Source: Catajapyx aquilonaris (lineage: Eukaryota). From it: 51,164 bases of DNA. Of the stretch, positions 1 to 10,870 are shown piece after piece; position 1 is the stretch's first letter; every line of letters begins with the position of its first letter. The notes under the pieces are model-generated. The model was not told the origin of the DNA, searched no databases, and saw only the letters and a program-made list of their open reading frames with translations. The stretch spans positions 62,001 through 113,164 of the forward strand of contig KZ538157.1 in assembly GCA_000934665.2 (NCBI GenBank), in the 5' to 3' direction. Position numbers and translations under genes: made by a program.

Positions 1-942
1 CGGAAATGGGTCCGGTGAAGTAGAATAAACCATTATTTTACGCACTGCTATTTTTGAACGCTACCAATTTCCAACACTTTGCAGATTAATCCAAACTGGT
101 CATCTATAATTCTAATTTTACAGTAGTTGAACAGGGCTCCCTGCTATGAAGCTTTTTTGCCCGTAGAAATACAAGGACAAGAGTGACGGCAAATTACACA
201 TGGGCTTTATTTCAACCTACTGCATACACTGCAATAATCGGTACAAAAGAGTGGTTTCAACTAAATGAAAAAAAAAGCATTAAAAGTTGTCCGGGAGGCG
301 TTGTAATACGCGACGGCACCAAATGGAATAGTGTTCCATGAAAGTGTGTTGTTCAATCCCATAATAATGAGGAGCATCACCATGAGATCATTTCAGTTGT
401 ACTTGCAAGTGAGTGTATGTAACTGACGGATTACCCTCATTGCAATGACAGATGACACCGATTTAGAATAGGCTGTTTGCTCTAATTTTATGAAAGCAAC
501 AATTGCTAACAGTTGCCAACAGAAATGACATGTTTGGAGATATTTCACACTATAACCAGAAGTGGAGAGAAATTTCATATTTCAAGTCAGTTTCAATGGA
601 GTATATAATATGATTTCGAGTAACTTGGAACCGTCCATTCTTACTAGAAATATTTAAAAAGAAATTCTACAGTAATACAGTATTTTGTAAAATTGTTATA
701 AAATTGCAGATTCTCAACGTTATACAAACTGCAATTCAGCTAGAATTACCACATTTCATTTTTAGTAAACACTTTCACTCACACACCTTTTGTAAAAAAA
801 ATACATATACGGGTACTTCAACTATTCGCCAAAATAATCATGCAGATTCCCTACAGGTTACGTATAATTACAGTATATAAAATAAAAAAGTTATGCATAT
901 ACAGTATAGTTGGTATCCTTCTGAAACCAAATAAATTGACAT

Positions 943-1227
943 GGGGCGGCATGGTGGTCTAGTGGTTACGCCACTGGCCAGCCAAGCGGGAGGCTGGGGT
1001 TCAAATCCCGTCCCCGTCACCTCTGTTAGGCCGGTCCTTTTTCCGTTTTTCACCCGACATGCCGGAACAGAATTGCACTCCCTTCTCTGCTCGGGGCCAG
1101 GAGAAAAGGCCTGGTGTTAAAGAATGTCAGAAATGGCTATCGCACGGCGCCCTCCCTTGGGAACTTCCCCTTCCTACATAAGAGGGCATCGAGCCCTATC
1201 ACGGGGTATTCAAAAAATAAGAAAAAA
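943..1227 (+). mobile_element. tRNA-derived SINE, family A (tRNA-Gly-like head), copy 1
   Basis: Head GGCATGGTGGTCTAGTGG (A box) ... GGTTCAAATCCC (B box), resembling tRNA-Gly(GCC). About 270 bp and near-identical to copies at 2681, 5793 and 14244. Ends CCCTATCACGGGGTATT plus an A-rich tail. Confidence 0.9.
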
Positions 1228-1565
1228 GGCATAAACAGGACGATTGAACAATCAGTCACGTTTGACCTCGCCCCATTGTTGTGTTCAATATGAAGCCGGA
1301 GAAATGGTATAGTCACCACAAAACTCTGGAATATTCATTCGTAAAGCTCTATCGAGTCCCGATAATGTTACCTATTATTTTCTAAATGCTCACTAATTCG
1401 CAAAACAATAATCTAATATGTATACCGCTACGGTTTATTACGACTCGTACTACAGCTGTCCATAAAGTGCTGGTAGCGGTGGACAGTGCTAGGATGGAGT
1501 GGTATCTGATAGTGCCAGACAAAATATATAGGGTAATGGTGTAAAATCCGCAACTTATTGTTACG

Positions 1566-1627
<62 letters not shown>

Positions 1628-1892
1628 TCATACCCCGTTATCAGCCAGCGGGTCTTTAGCGGGGATTTATTTTTTTGACTGGAACTCTTCGTTTCGTTTT
1701 TACTGCGCTTTTTGGGATAGGATATAGGAAAGGAAGGAGGCGGCTGTCGCCTATTAGTTTAGGAAACAACTCCGGAGGAACCGTGGGAAACCACAGAAAA
1801 CCACTGTTAGAGTTGCCGGCACCGGGATTCGAACCCAGGACCTCCCGATAAGCAGTCGGATACCATATCCCCTCCGCCACCACTGCTTCGGT
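1566..1892 (-). mobile_element. tRNA-derived SINE, family B (GCT-anticodon-like head) with (ATT)n tail, copy 1
   Basis: Minus strand begins ACCGAAGCAG, contains GGTTCGAATCC (B box) and the core GGTTTTCTGTGGTTTCCCACGG...CAGCCGCCTCCTTCC, and ends GATAACGGGGTATGA(ATT)n. Homologous to 26965, 39411 and 43310. Imperfect flanking duplication TATTGTTA(TA)CGAT. Confidence 0.9.
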
Positions 1893-2680
1893 ATTGTTAT
1901 ACGATTATAGACTACCCTTTACCACAAAAAGGCCAACATTTCTCGCACACGAGTCAACGGCCTCACTTTGATTATTGCGTATCGACGTGAGCCACCTCAC
2001 ATGTATGGCGCCCAACTTTGCATAAGTACATCAGGCGTAATTAACGCAAGTCCCCCGCGGGATATAAACCTTCCGGGGGTAAAAAAAATAAATGAGCTCT
2101 CATCTGAATTTGCAGCTTTTCTCCAAATTCTGCGAATCATTCTCGCATGGTTTGCTCTTCGCACAAGGCGCCATTACTGTTCATCTTTTGCCGACTCTTC
2201 CTGCAGCCTCCCCCACTTCCCCAGCCTCCCGGTACCCGCACCGGGGAACAATGCGGATGAAGGCCTCCGCATTGATCCACCTAACACACAAGTGAACCTG
2301 TCCCTTTTCAGTGTGAAAGGAAAAAAGTTCATTTTTTTTTTCTTTTCCAGCCGACGCTTTTCCCGTGTTCTCACTTCCATTTTCCTCAAAACTGGAGCTG
2401 TCTGAGTTGTAATTATCCAGAGAGTGCTGTGTCTACCAGCCACGTACCAAACTATGTTCCTGAAGTAGAGGCGGTTACAAAAATAGAGATAGAGAAAAGT
2501 TTCTATCGATTACAGATTGTAAGCGAGCGTTTTCACGGATCAGAACGTGAAGAATCAACCGCACGTGCTAGGGGTTAATTACTTCTTGTACAGACCTGTA
2601 CAGTGTTGGACATTAATCGCGTCATACTGCTTGCGACATTTTCATATGCGGCGGAAGTGCAAATCGAAGTGATAAGAGTG

Positions 2681-2963
2681 GGGAGGCATGGTGGTCTAGT
2701 GGTTACGCCACTGGCCAGCCAAGCAGGAGGCCGGGGTTCAAATCCCGTCCCCGTCACCTCTGCTAGGCCGGGTCTTTTTCCGCTTTTCACCCGACATGCC
2801 GGGGCAGAATTGCACTCCCTACTCTGCCCAGGGCCAGGAGAAAAGGCCTGGTGTATTTCAGAAATGACTAATTACAGCGCCCTCCCTCGGGAACCTCCCC
2901 TTCTCCCCTATAAGGGCTCCGCCCTATCACGGGGTATATTTAAAAAATACAATAAAATATATA
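2681..2963 (+). mobile_element. tRNA-derived SINE, family A, copy 2
   Basis: Same head, body and CCCTATCACGGGGTAT end as copy 1. Approximate TSD AAGTGATAAGAGTG (left) / AAGTGATCGAGTG (right, after the MITE in its tail). Confidence 0.9.
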
Positions 2964-3155
2964 CAGGGTGATCCAACTCTATGGCACCAACAGTTATTGG
3001 AAAAATCGCGCAAGCTGCTTGTTTATAAGCAGGTCGTTGCTAAGAGGTGCTATTCCCGATACTCTAGAAAGTATCTTAGCAACGACCTGCTTATAAACAA
3101 GCGGCTTGCGCGATTTCTCCAATAACTGTTGGTGCCATAGAGTTGGATCACCCTG
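2964..3155. mobile_element. Foldback MITE, Tc1/mariner-type (TA-CAGGGTG ends)
   Basis: TA-CAGGGTGATCCAACTCTATGGCACCAACAGTTATTGG...CCAATAACTGTTGGTGCCATAGAGTTGGATCACCCTG-TA. Near-perfect arms of about 80 bp with a short spacer. Confidence 0.9.
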
Positions 3156-3462
3156 TATATTTAAAAAAGTGATCGAGTGCGAGCCGTGCGAGTAAGAAGA
3201 GGTAGGCCTTAAGTGACGTCACCGCAGCGTCACCGGCTGGGGGGCAATGAAGAAAAGGCTTGTCCCCAGCCAGTGACGTCCCCCACGGGCTACCATTTCT
3301 TACTCGCGCGGCTCGCACTCTATCACTTCGATTTGACACGTCTGCCGTACCGGAAAATGTCGCTAGCTGTATGACGGAATTAATGTCCAGCACTGTACAC
3401 GCTTTTGGTGAGGTAAAGAGCTAGGAGACTGTCAAGTGTCAACTGATATTTAGGCATTTATA

Positions 3463-3760
3463 CAGTGTGTTTCAACTTTTTTGTCCGAATAGTTATCGGA
3501 AAATTGCACGTAGCTGCTACTTTGTAAGCAGTGACTTGCAAACGGTGATTTTTCGGAGGAACGGGGAATATTCCTGCCCGCTGAAAATTGAGGGTCAAGC
3601 CTGGAAAAAAGAGGGTCACACATGCCATGGGATGTGTGGCCCTCTTTTTCCCCATTCCCCATTCCTCCGACAAATCACCGGTTGCAAGTCACTGCTTACA
3701 AAGTAGCAGCTATGTGGAATTTTCCGATAACTGTTCGGACAAAAAAGTTGAAACACCCTG
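3463..3760. mobile_element. Tc1/mariner-type MITE, family M2, copy 1
   Basis: TA-CAGTGTGTTTCAACTTTTTTGTCCGAA...TTCGGACAAAAAAGTTGAAACACCCTG-TA. Long TIRs plus an internal hairpin AAAAAGAGGGTCACACAT/ATGTGTGGCCCTCTTTTT. Homologous to 44967 and 46705. Confidence 0.9.
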
Positions 3761-4299
3761 TATACAGAAGACGCGGCCGGATCAGGTCTGACGGGAAATG
3801 TTCTGAATCCTACAAAGATGAGCCTTGTAGAGAAATGTCAGCATATCCACATGTTGCGAGCCAATTTCCTATTGCTCTTTTAATACGGCAACAATGCCAC
3901 GTATAACTACGGAACACTGGTGGCTCCCATCATTTTACGCTGCAATATTTTGAGCTCCAAAGCGCGTAACAATATGATATCAAAGGGCTGCCGATATTGC
4001 GATATTGGCAGTTTTCCATTGGAGTTGGCCAGTTGCAGAATTAACACCGTTTGAAAATCGCGCTTTGTTGCCGCCAGACCATAATCCCGCCTTATTAACG
4101 CGATTTTTAGGGCTCTTACTACCGTAATAGGATTTACAACAAACGCGTCGGTGATGCGAGCCTTGAAAATTTAATCGATGGCTTTTATACGCCACGGTTA
4201 TGACACGTTTTTCGACGGTCCCCAATTTTCTAGACAATACCATCAAACAAGAGGTACCACTTAACTCCCTTTAAGCGTCAAGTTAAGTGTAAACCCCCT

Positions 4300-4700
4300 T
4301 TGCTTCCACCCTCTCTCGACCCAACTTTTGTTCTTGAGGGACTTGCAACGCCCTCCGCCATTGTCAGGCCAATTGGGCCTCCCAAGTAAAGAGACTGTTT
4401 CATTCCAGGACCCAAGGAAATCAGCTGGGGCATTATCACATCAAAGGAAGTGCTTGCAAGCTGCCTGCCTGAAGGAGGCGGCAGCTTCGGATTTCCTAAG
4501 CAGGAATGGCACAAAAAAAAGAAAGTCCTTTTCACTTACCGATCGTTCCTAATTGGGTCTCATTTCCCAGAGGCAAACAGGCCAGGAGTCCAAGTGTAGA
4601 AGGACAAACAGGAGACTTCGGAGACAATTGTTGGAATAATTGAAATTGCGACGTCGCGAGCGAGGGGGCTCAGGGTGGAGATTTGCACTTTCGCATGTCG
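4300..4700 (+). pseudogene. Decayed non-LTR retrotransposon (RTE-like) ORF C-terminal relic
   Basis: Broken frames give EISWGIITSKEVLASCLP (cf. ISWQDxITNxEVL) and RGKQARSP (cf. GKRxRGRP). Judged by eye only; boundaries approximate. Confidence 0.4.
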
Positions 4701-4959
4701 GCAGGACTGTCAGCAAAAGTAAGTAGGGCTCAAGTTATTACTTTAACCCCAAGTCAAGGAAGGTCTCCAACATTGTGGAATCATGTGACAACAACTAGGT
4801 AATGATTTTCATTGCATTAACACTGCATTACATTTCGCCACCATGCATTAACCTGATTTGACATGCAGTGCACCTCATTGCATAGTGTATGACTATTGAA
4901 GCCGGGTTCATATTGGCGTCGTTGTCTGAATACCAAGACTTATAACGCCAAACTTTTTA

Positions 4960-5210
4960 AGGTGACACGACGGATTCCGTCTGAATACTACTCAATATTG
5001 TTGCCTGGAGGCCAAGACCCAAACTTCGTAGAATAAGTGAAACAGTACACTTCTGGAATTCCGATATAGGTAGTATTACCAAAATATCCGGTGTCTGCTC
5101 TCCTTTCCGGAACCCAACAGAACAGTCATACTCTTTGTAGTTTAATTCCCTCTGACGGATGAAAACAATTCGGATGCCAAAGTTAGTTCTGTGGAGTATT
5201 GAATTAGGAC
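4960..5210 (-). pseudogene. Decayed LINE reverse-transcriptase fragment
   Basis: Minus ORF contains CSVGFRKGEQTPDILVIL...QKC, matching the non-LTR RT motif QxGFRxGRSTxDxIxxLxxxxEKC. Confidence 0.5.
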
Positions 5211-5792
5211 CCACCTACTCCTATACCCCCCACCCAGAACTTGTGAAAGTGGAAACCACCCTGTGTGAGTAGCAAAACAGAGAGAGTGCCTGAATATATT
5301 TTGGGACTCCGGGTAACCACCACCGCGCTTGTTCCGGTCCCGTGGTCAATTAAACCCTAATTTGCATGTAGCCAGCCCGGATCTTGGCCTTGTTGTTGCC
5401 ACCTGCACTCCATCCATTGTTGCTTCTCAATTATCCTGTTTCCTTACGCTTTACGAGCCTGAGAGACCGGTCTGCACTGCTTACTTAGGCGCAGACGCAC
5501 AGTGCATCCCAAGGTGCATCCAATATGGAATTAATAGTGACAACAGTGGGTTACTTGATAATCGCCATTAGGGTGAAACAGGTCCTCAAAGGAAACCGCA
5601 ACACAAGCATGCTCGCACGTACCCCTCTAGGCTCCCCCTGAAGAAGCTTCGCCACCTTGATCGATCACCGGCCTGTATATTGAAAATCGACATCTAAATC
5701 GGAAATCGATATTTGTAACAGAAAATCGTAAATCGATTTTCGATATATTGCAAGGTTCCGCGATATATCGAAAATTGACTCATTCTTTACTT

Positions 5793-6063
5793 CTTTAAAA
5801 AAAAAAAGTGATAGGGCCCGAGGCCCTCTTAGGGGGGAAGGGGAGGTTCCCAAGGGAGGGCGCTGTGCGGTAGTCATTTCTGACATTCTTTAAACACCAG
5901 GCCTTTTCTCCTGGCCCTGGACAGAGTAGGGAGTGCAATTCTGCCCCGGCATGTCGGGTGAAAAGCGGAAAAAGACCCGGCCAAGCAGAGGTGACGGGAT
6001 TTGAACCCCGGCCTCCCGCTTGGCTGGCCAGTGGCGTAACCACCAGACCACCATGCCTCCCTA
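5793..6063 (-). mobile_element. tRNA-derived SINE, family A, copy 3
   Basis: Reverse-complement match to copy 1. 13-bp TSD TCATTCTTTACTT at 5780-5792 and 6064-6076. The 3' end stops at CCCTATCAC and is followed by a T-run. Confidence 0.9.
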
Positions 6064-6086
6064 TCATTCTTTACTTATTATTACTT

Positions 6087-6425
6087 GGGGAGGTGTAGAT
6101 GGCCGAGATGGTAACGTCTCGGCTTGCTGAGTGAAAGGCCCCAGGTTCGATCCCCGCCTGGGGAACTTTCCTTTCACCTGTGTCAGGAGGGTCTCTGACC
6201 TGCACCAAGGAGGTGTCTGGCAACCTAACCTCCTGGGGAACAGCACATGACCCATTTGTAGACATTGCACTTGCACCTATGTTCCCTCCCCAAAAATTCC
6301 TACCCCTACCCCATGTCCTTTCATCCTTGCACCGGAGTTAGAAGAAAAGTAGAAAATTGAAAGAAAAATGGTGGTATTCCACTCCCCTATAAGGGCCCAT
6401 GGTCTTATCACGGGGTATATAAAAA
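6087..6425 (+). mobile_element. tRNA-derived SINE, family C
   Basis: A box TGGCCGAGATGG and B box GGTTCGATCCCC. Ends CCCCTATAAGGGCCCATGGTCTTATCACGGGGTAT. Perfect 15-bp TSD TACTTATTATTACTT at 6072-6086 and 6426-6440. Confidence 0.88.
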
Positions 6426-6489
6426 TACTTATTATTACTTCTGTAGTAAAGGAACGCCATGATTTGGAGTAATATTCCACATGTCTTAT

Positions 6490-6900
6490 TTTAAAGATAA
6501 CATGGCTGACAGTGAGTGTTTCACATCAATATCTGCCAAGTGCGATTGGTGTCTTAGGACGTGTAATCTGTGTATAGCAGATCCTTGACACGCTCTAGTA
6601 CAGATTCGTCCATTAATCGCACAGCAGCGTCCCAGTGATTTGGAGAGCAGGAGGCCCAGGTGGGGCATCTGGGATCGATGGTGATGGAGCCAGGAACAGG
6701 CGTGGAAATAGCTTTTGGGAGCCTGGAACCCGGATGGGTCGGGCCACATTTGGGGCGATAAAGCAAAACTGTCCGCGCGACTAATCTCCTCACTCGATTC
6801 GGAGCCAGCTTTTGTTTAGCCAATCACACCCGTCCGTGCTCGCTCAGCTTGATTTTCCATACACGGGAGCTGCATATGGAAATGGTGACGAGTTCAAACG
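6490..6900 (-). pseudogene. Decayed RTE-like LINE ORF C-terminal relic
   Basis: Collinear fragments across frames: SRVWKIKLS, VARTVLLY, KSYFHAC, AVRLMDESVLERVKDLLY (cf. RVWxxxKL...VLSTLLYG...FHxRCLR...HVxRMxDxRIPKDLLY). Confidence 0.55.
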
Positions 6901-7593
6901 CGATTTTGTTGGGCGGTACATTAGCGCCTTTATCAGACGGATGCCATCATTGCCCGCAGCCAAATAGTTACGTACGGGAACAGTAGCAATCACAATTTTA
7001 GGCAAGTACTATAGGTTTTAACGGAGCTGAACTATTCACTTTTCCTATACGCCGACCTGGATTCCTGTCGTAATTGTATACTGTACAGCGGATTCCAGGA
7101 ATGACTCAGGGTTGACATGACAGGGCGAATGTAATCTGATCCCAGTCCATGATATACCCTCCTGACTAACCATCATTGCATTTCCTAGCTCATACTAATT
7201 GGTGCACCCATGTCTGATTGGCAAGGAGGATTAATTTAATTACATACCTCTGCCACATCCAAAGGTTACGAGGTCGAGGAGAATGGAAGTTCGCAGATAT
7301 TCACCAATATGGACCTGAGGTTTTCTTTCACAAATATTATGTACAGTTACGAGCATTATAACTGAGTCGGACTTGGGCAGAGCTGCAACAAAGGGAAAAC
7401 TGGTGCTGTCTCTGCCCCACGGCGAAAATATACAGTATCAAACGTCATAATCCTGACCACTCTATAGTATACAATAGAGCATTTTTGCGTTGGGGCTCAT
7501 TGGAGCTCCTGTCCATGACCGTCTCCACTATTATGCTCGTACTGTACCTAAGTTACATCAAACAAAATAATTGATGGTCTTTTATGCCAAATT

Positions 7594-7836
7594 GAAGGGC
7601 TCTCTGCAATAAGCAGGTATGTGCACTTATGAGTTTTTCCTGTGTTTTAAAGCGGAAAGCTTATAAACCAGGTAAGTCCACATACCTCGTTACTGCTGAG
7701 AACCCTACCAGGTAAGGGTTATCTCTTATCTGCAATGTGGACAATGTGGTCTTACCTATTTTATATTGGCTTTTCGCTTTCAAAGACAGGAAAAAAGTCA
7801 TGAGTGCACATACCTTCTTATTGCAGAGAGCCCTTC
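7594..7836. mobile_element. MITE with long TIRs flanked by AATT
   Basis: AATT-GAAGGGCTCTCTGCAATAAG...CTTATTGCAGAGAGCCCTTC-AATT, with imperfect arms extending about 100 bp. A 4-bp AATT TSD would fit a Sola-like element (superfamily is inference). Confidence 0.8.
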
Positions 7837-8992
7837 AATTGTTAAGTAATTTTGATGTTTCACTCCTCCTTTCAGTGTTATTGCGTAGTTGATATTGGAA
7901 TAGTAGACTACAGTAGCCTATATCCTCTGCTGCCTGATTAACACTGAACTGAATAGGCCAATAGAGTAGAAGCACTTTAGGGTAGCTATTAACAGCAAAA
8001 CAAAATCATTATAAATGGCTATATAGCCTCCACTATTTTGAATAGCTCGGTAGCTCTCTCTCTCTCTCTCTCCTCTCTCCCGAGTTTTGTGACAGGCTGA
8101 GCACCTGACAACATCACATTGTGCTGACTAATAAATTAAAATCATGGAGTCATTGTCTTTATAGCGAACAAGGAAGCGTGAACAGCTAATTGTTGTTCCA
8201 GCAGTCAGCTCTGAATGGGCCACCCCCACCACTCTGCACTCCCAGCATGTACATAAATTGAAGCCATGCGGATGAATTTGCAAAAAAAAAAAAAAATCCA
8301 GAAGCTATACGAGAACGAGAGGTCAAAAAAACGCTATGTGGCTGGTATCGATAAATGCACTAGTTTCCCTCGGTTTCGAAATTTTAACATCGGATGTGAC
8401 GGTGCCTCCCAACTTGTTTGTCTCCGATTTGCAGCTGTTTCCGGAGAGAATTTCCATTTCACCTAACCCACATACCCTATACGCGTGAGTGTGGGTGTGT
8501 GTGAGTAGGGGGGATGGTATGTGTGTGTGCGCGCGCTCTCCCGCTGGATGTGAGCTGCATTGCGGAAGTCTATTGTGGATCAGTTTGAAGAGTGAAAATC
8601 GCTCAACTATAAGTTTAATGGTGTTCATGTGAGGGTACAAAATAATCATGTGTGAGGACTGTCAAAAAGTGGAGGGGGAAACACTGCTCGGTATTCACCG
8701 TACTCACATATTATGGCTGACAGTTGCTCTTTGAGGCGAGATTATCCATTGGTGCATGCCAGATTAGCTTTAGAATGCCAGATTACAAAGGCGTTGAACT
8801 GTCTGGACATGTTTAAATAAGAGGAATTCTTGTGGGCAAAGCTCGAGGTAGTGTTAAGGAGAGTGTTGACAACAAGTGTTAGCGAGGACTTTAAAAGGTC
8901 AGTGGCTGCCACCAGACCGCCAGTGTCACAAATACGATCTCTACGTGCAGAATCAACAGCTGCAATTCAGATCATACTGTTGATGATAATCC

Positions 8993-8994
<2 letters not shown>

Positions 8995-9028
<34 letters not shown>

Positions 9029-9031
9029 TTT
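8995..9031. repeat. (TTTA)n microsatellite
   Basis: Direct reading of tandem TTTA units. Confidence 0.95.
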
Positions 9032-9899
9032 GCAGAATTATTAATCACAGGATACTCTACATAGTGATATAACACAAACACATTAAATTGCCCTTCCCCT
9101 CAATATAGTATTTCAGTCGATCCTCTTTTCTTATTAAAATCAGTATAGTATGTCATGCTGCAAGAAATGACTCTTTATAGCCTACAAGCGTAGAAAAAAC
9201 CTGTACGGCGTTTTATTTATCAATCCATAAAGAATTACCACTCAGAATTTTCGCGCACCGGTGAACACTGAGCAGTGTATCATTCTGACATCATATCGCA
9301 GGGAGCAGCCACGAGGAAAATACCGATGAAGCAAGCCAAATTACTTACGGTAGCAATAAGGGATTACCTACTCTGTTGAGAACCATCATCGTCCCCTCGG
9401 GTTACTTTTCACATTTTATGGTACTGCAATCAGTTGCCCCGTTGTGAGAAAATTATTTTATAATTAAGGTGGGTACAAATATTTTTGAATTATATTTAAA
9501 CCACGTTATAACACTGTCAGGGGAACTTGGGTTAAGCCTTGCGGAAAACACCTGTTAACTTCTTCACTGCACGTCGCTATTATGCAATCCAAACGGTATG
9601 ACCTTTTGTGCTCTGTGTTGTAATATAGCAGGGAGATGCACTTGCTACGTATTTTATCATTTTTGCTTACCATGATGACAACTTTAATTTCCCTTCGTCA
9701 ATGTAGCAGCCATATAGACTATACTGTTATATGTAAGAGAAATAATATTGTAGAGTTCCGCATAATATGCAACAGAATGTTCACTGCAGATAAAAGAGCT
9801 ACATGATGTGCACGGCATAACTTGAAAGTATGAGTATTTTGTACAGTATTACGTAATGTTATAACTATTTTTCGGAATCTTATGACTACCTAACATCAG

Positions 9900-10150
9900 A
9901 GTATTTTTAAACACTGATATTGCGATTGGCACCTTGGTAATATATTGGTAATATAATATATTATCTATGCGTATATATAGCCTGCCCACAAAAACCCTCT
10001 TTGACAGTCACAGTAGCATGTAAGAGGAATGACTTTCAAAACCAAGCGGAGGAGGTTCAAAAGAGTTTCAGAATTTGCAATATTACAAAATATATTGTCG
10101 TCAACTTCTTTCATATTTATTATACCTTCCACACATATTACGAACCTACT
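9900..10150 (-). pseudogene. Decayed hAT transposase C-terminal dimerisation-domain relic
   Basis: LLNLLRLVLKVIPLTCYCDCQRGF resembles the hAT motif PNLxxLxxIxLxIPxSxAxCERxFS, followed by a degenerate TKxxNRxSV...LML. Boundaries approximate. Confidence 0.45.
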
Positions 10151-10599
10151 AAAACTAATACCACAAGATTTGAACAAGTGATAACTACAACTTGCTTCAG
10201 TATTATGCTCAACATCGTAGTGTATAATATTTTTTGTCGTATTTTCATAGGGAGATGCTAGGCAGGCTTTTACTGAGGCGTTATTTCGTAACATCTAGAA
10301 CTAAATAATGTTCCTGCAAAGACCAAGAGATATTTGGCACATGATCACAATATTTAGCTACTTGGGTAGATTCTTTAATAATATTATAGACAGATTTACT
10401 ACAATTTGGGACAGACTTGTGTGAGAATATAGAAACATTACGTTATTTGAAAAACTTCTTTTAATACTAGAATGATCTCACTTCCTCAGCTATATAATCA
10501 CGCGCACTGATATATCCAATGGTCACAAAAGCTGACTGCCAGCAAAATTGATTACAACTAGCTCAGATTGCAGAATTGATGGCTTATAACTACGGGCAA

Positions 10600-10870
10600 G
10601 CCCTCGTGTCGATTCTGATCCGCCCTGCATAATGATCATTGCCGCAAAACATGGCCTTCGAAATGAACTTCTGCCTCGCTGATAGGTAATCCCACTTGTA
10701 GTAACCGAGGCCCATTTCCGCCATTATTCATCCCCCAATACCAGCTATGTTTACCATTTGTTTGTCTCGCCTGCACCATTCCATTTGTACTTCTAAACGG
10801 TCTCCTTTGCCTCCCGCCAGATAGCGGTCGAATCAACCGGGGCATATTACCCCCACCACTCACTTGCAAG
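10600..10870 (-). pseudogene. Decayed RTE-like LINE ORF C-terminal relic
   Basis: KHSWYWGMNN...EVHFEGHVLRQ resembles ISWxxxxTNEEV...KLxYFGHVLR. Confidence 0.4.

Larger units (their letters stand above)
2601..3395. mobile_element. Tc1/mariner-type MITE (host element interrupted by a SINE and a second MITE)
   Basis: TA-CAGTGTTGGACATTAAT at 2599-2617 and ATTAATGTCCAGCACTG-TA at 3379-3397. The imperfect inverted arms continue inward, with the left arm resuming after the insertions (GAGTGCGAGCCGTGCGAGTAAGAA vs TTCTTACTCGCGCGGCTCGCACTC). Confidence 0.8.

Noticed and set aside
943..1020. SINE heads (also 6087, 28985, 35035, 39411) as genuine tRNA genes
   Set aside because: Acceptor stems are imperfect, there is no T-run terminator after the tRNA-like part, and each continues into a repeat body with a tail and often a TSD.
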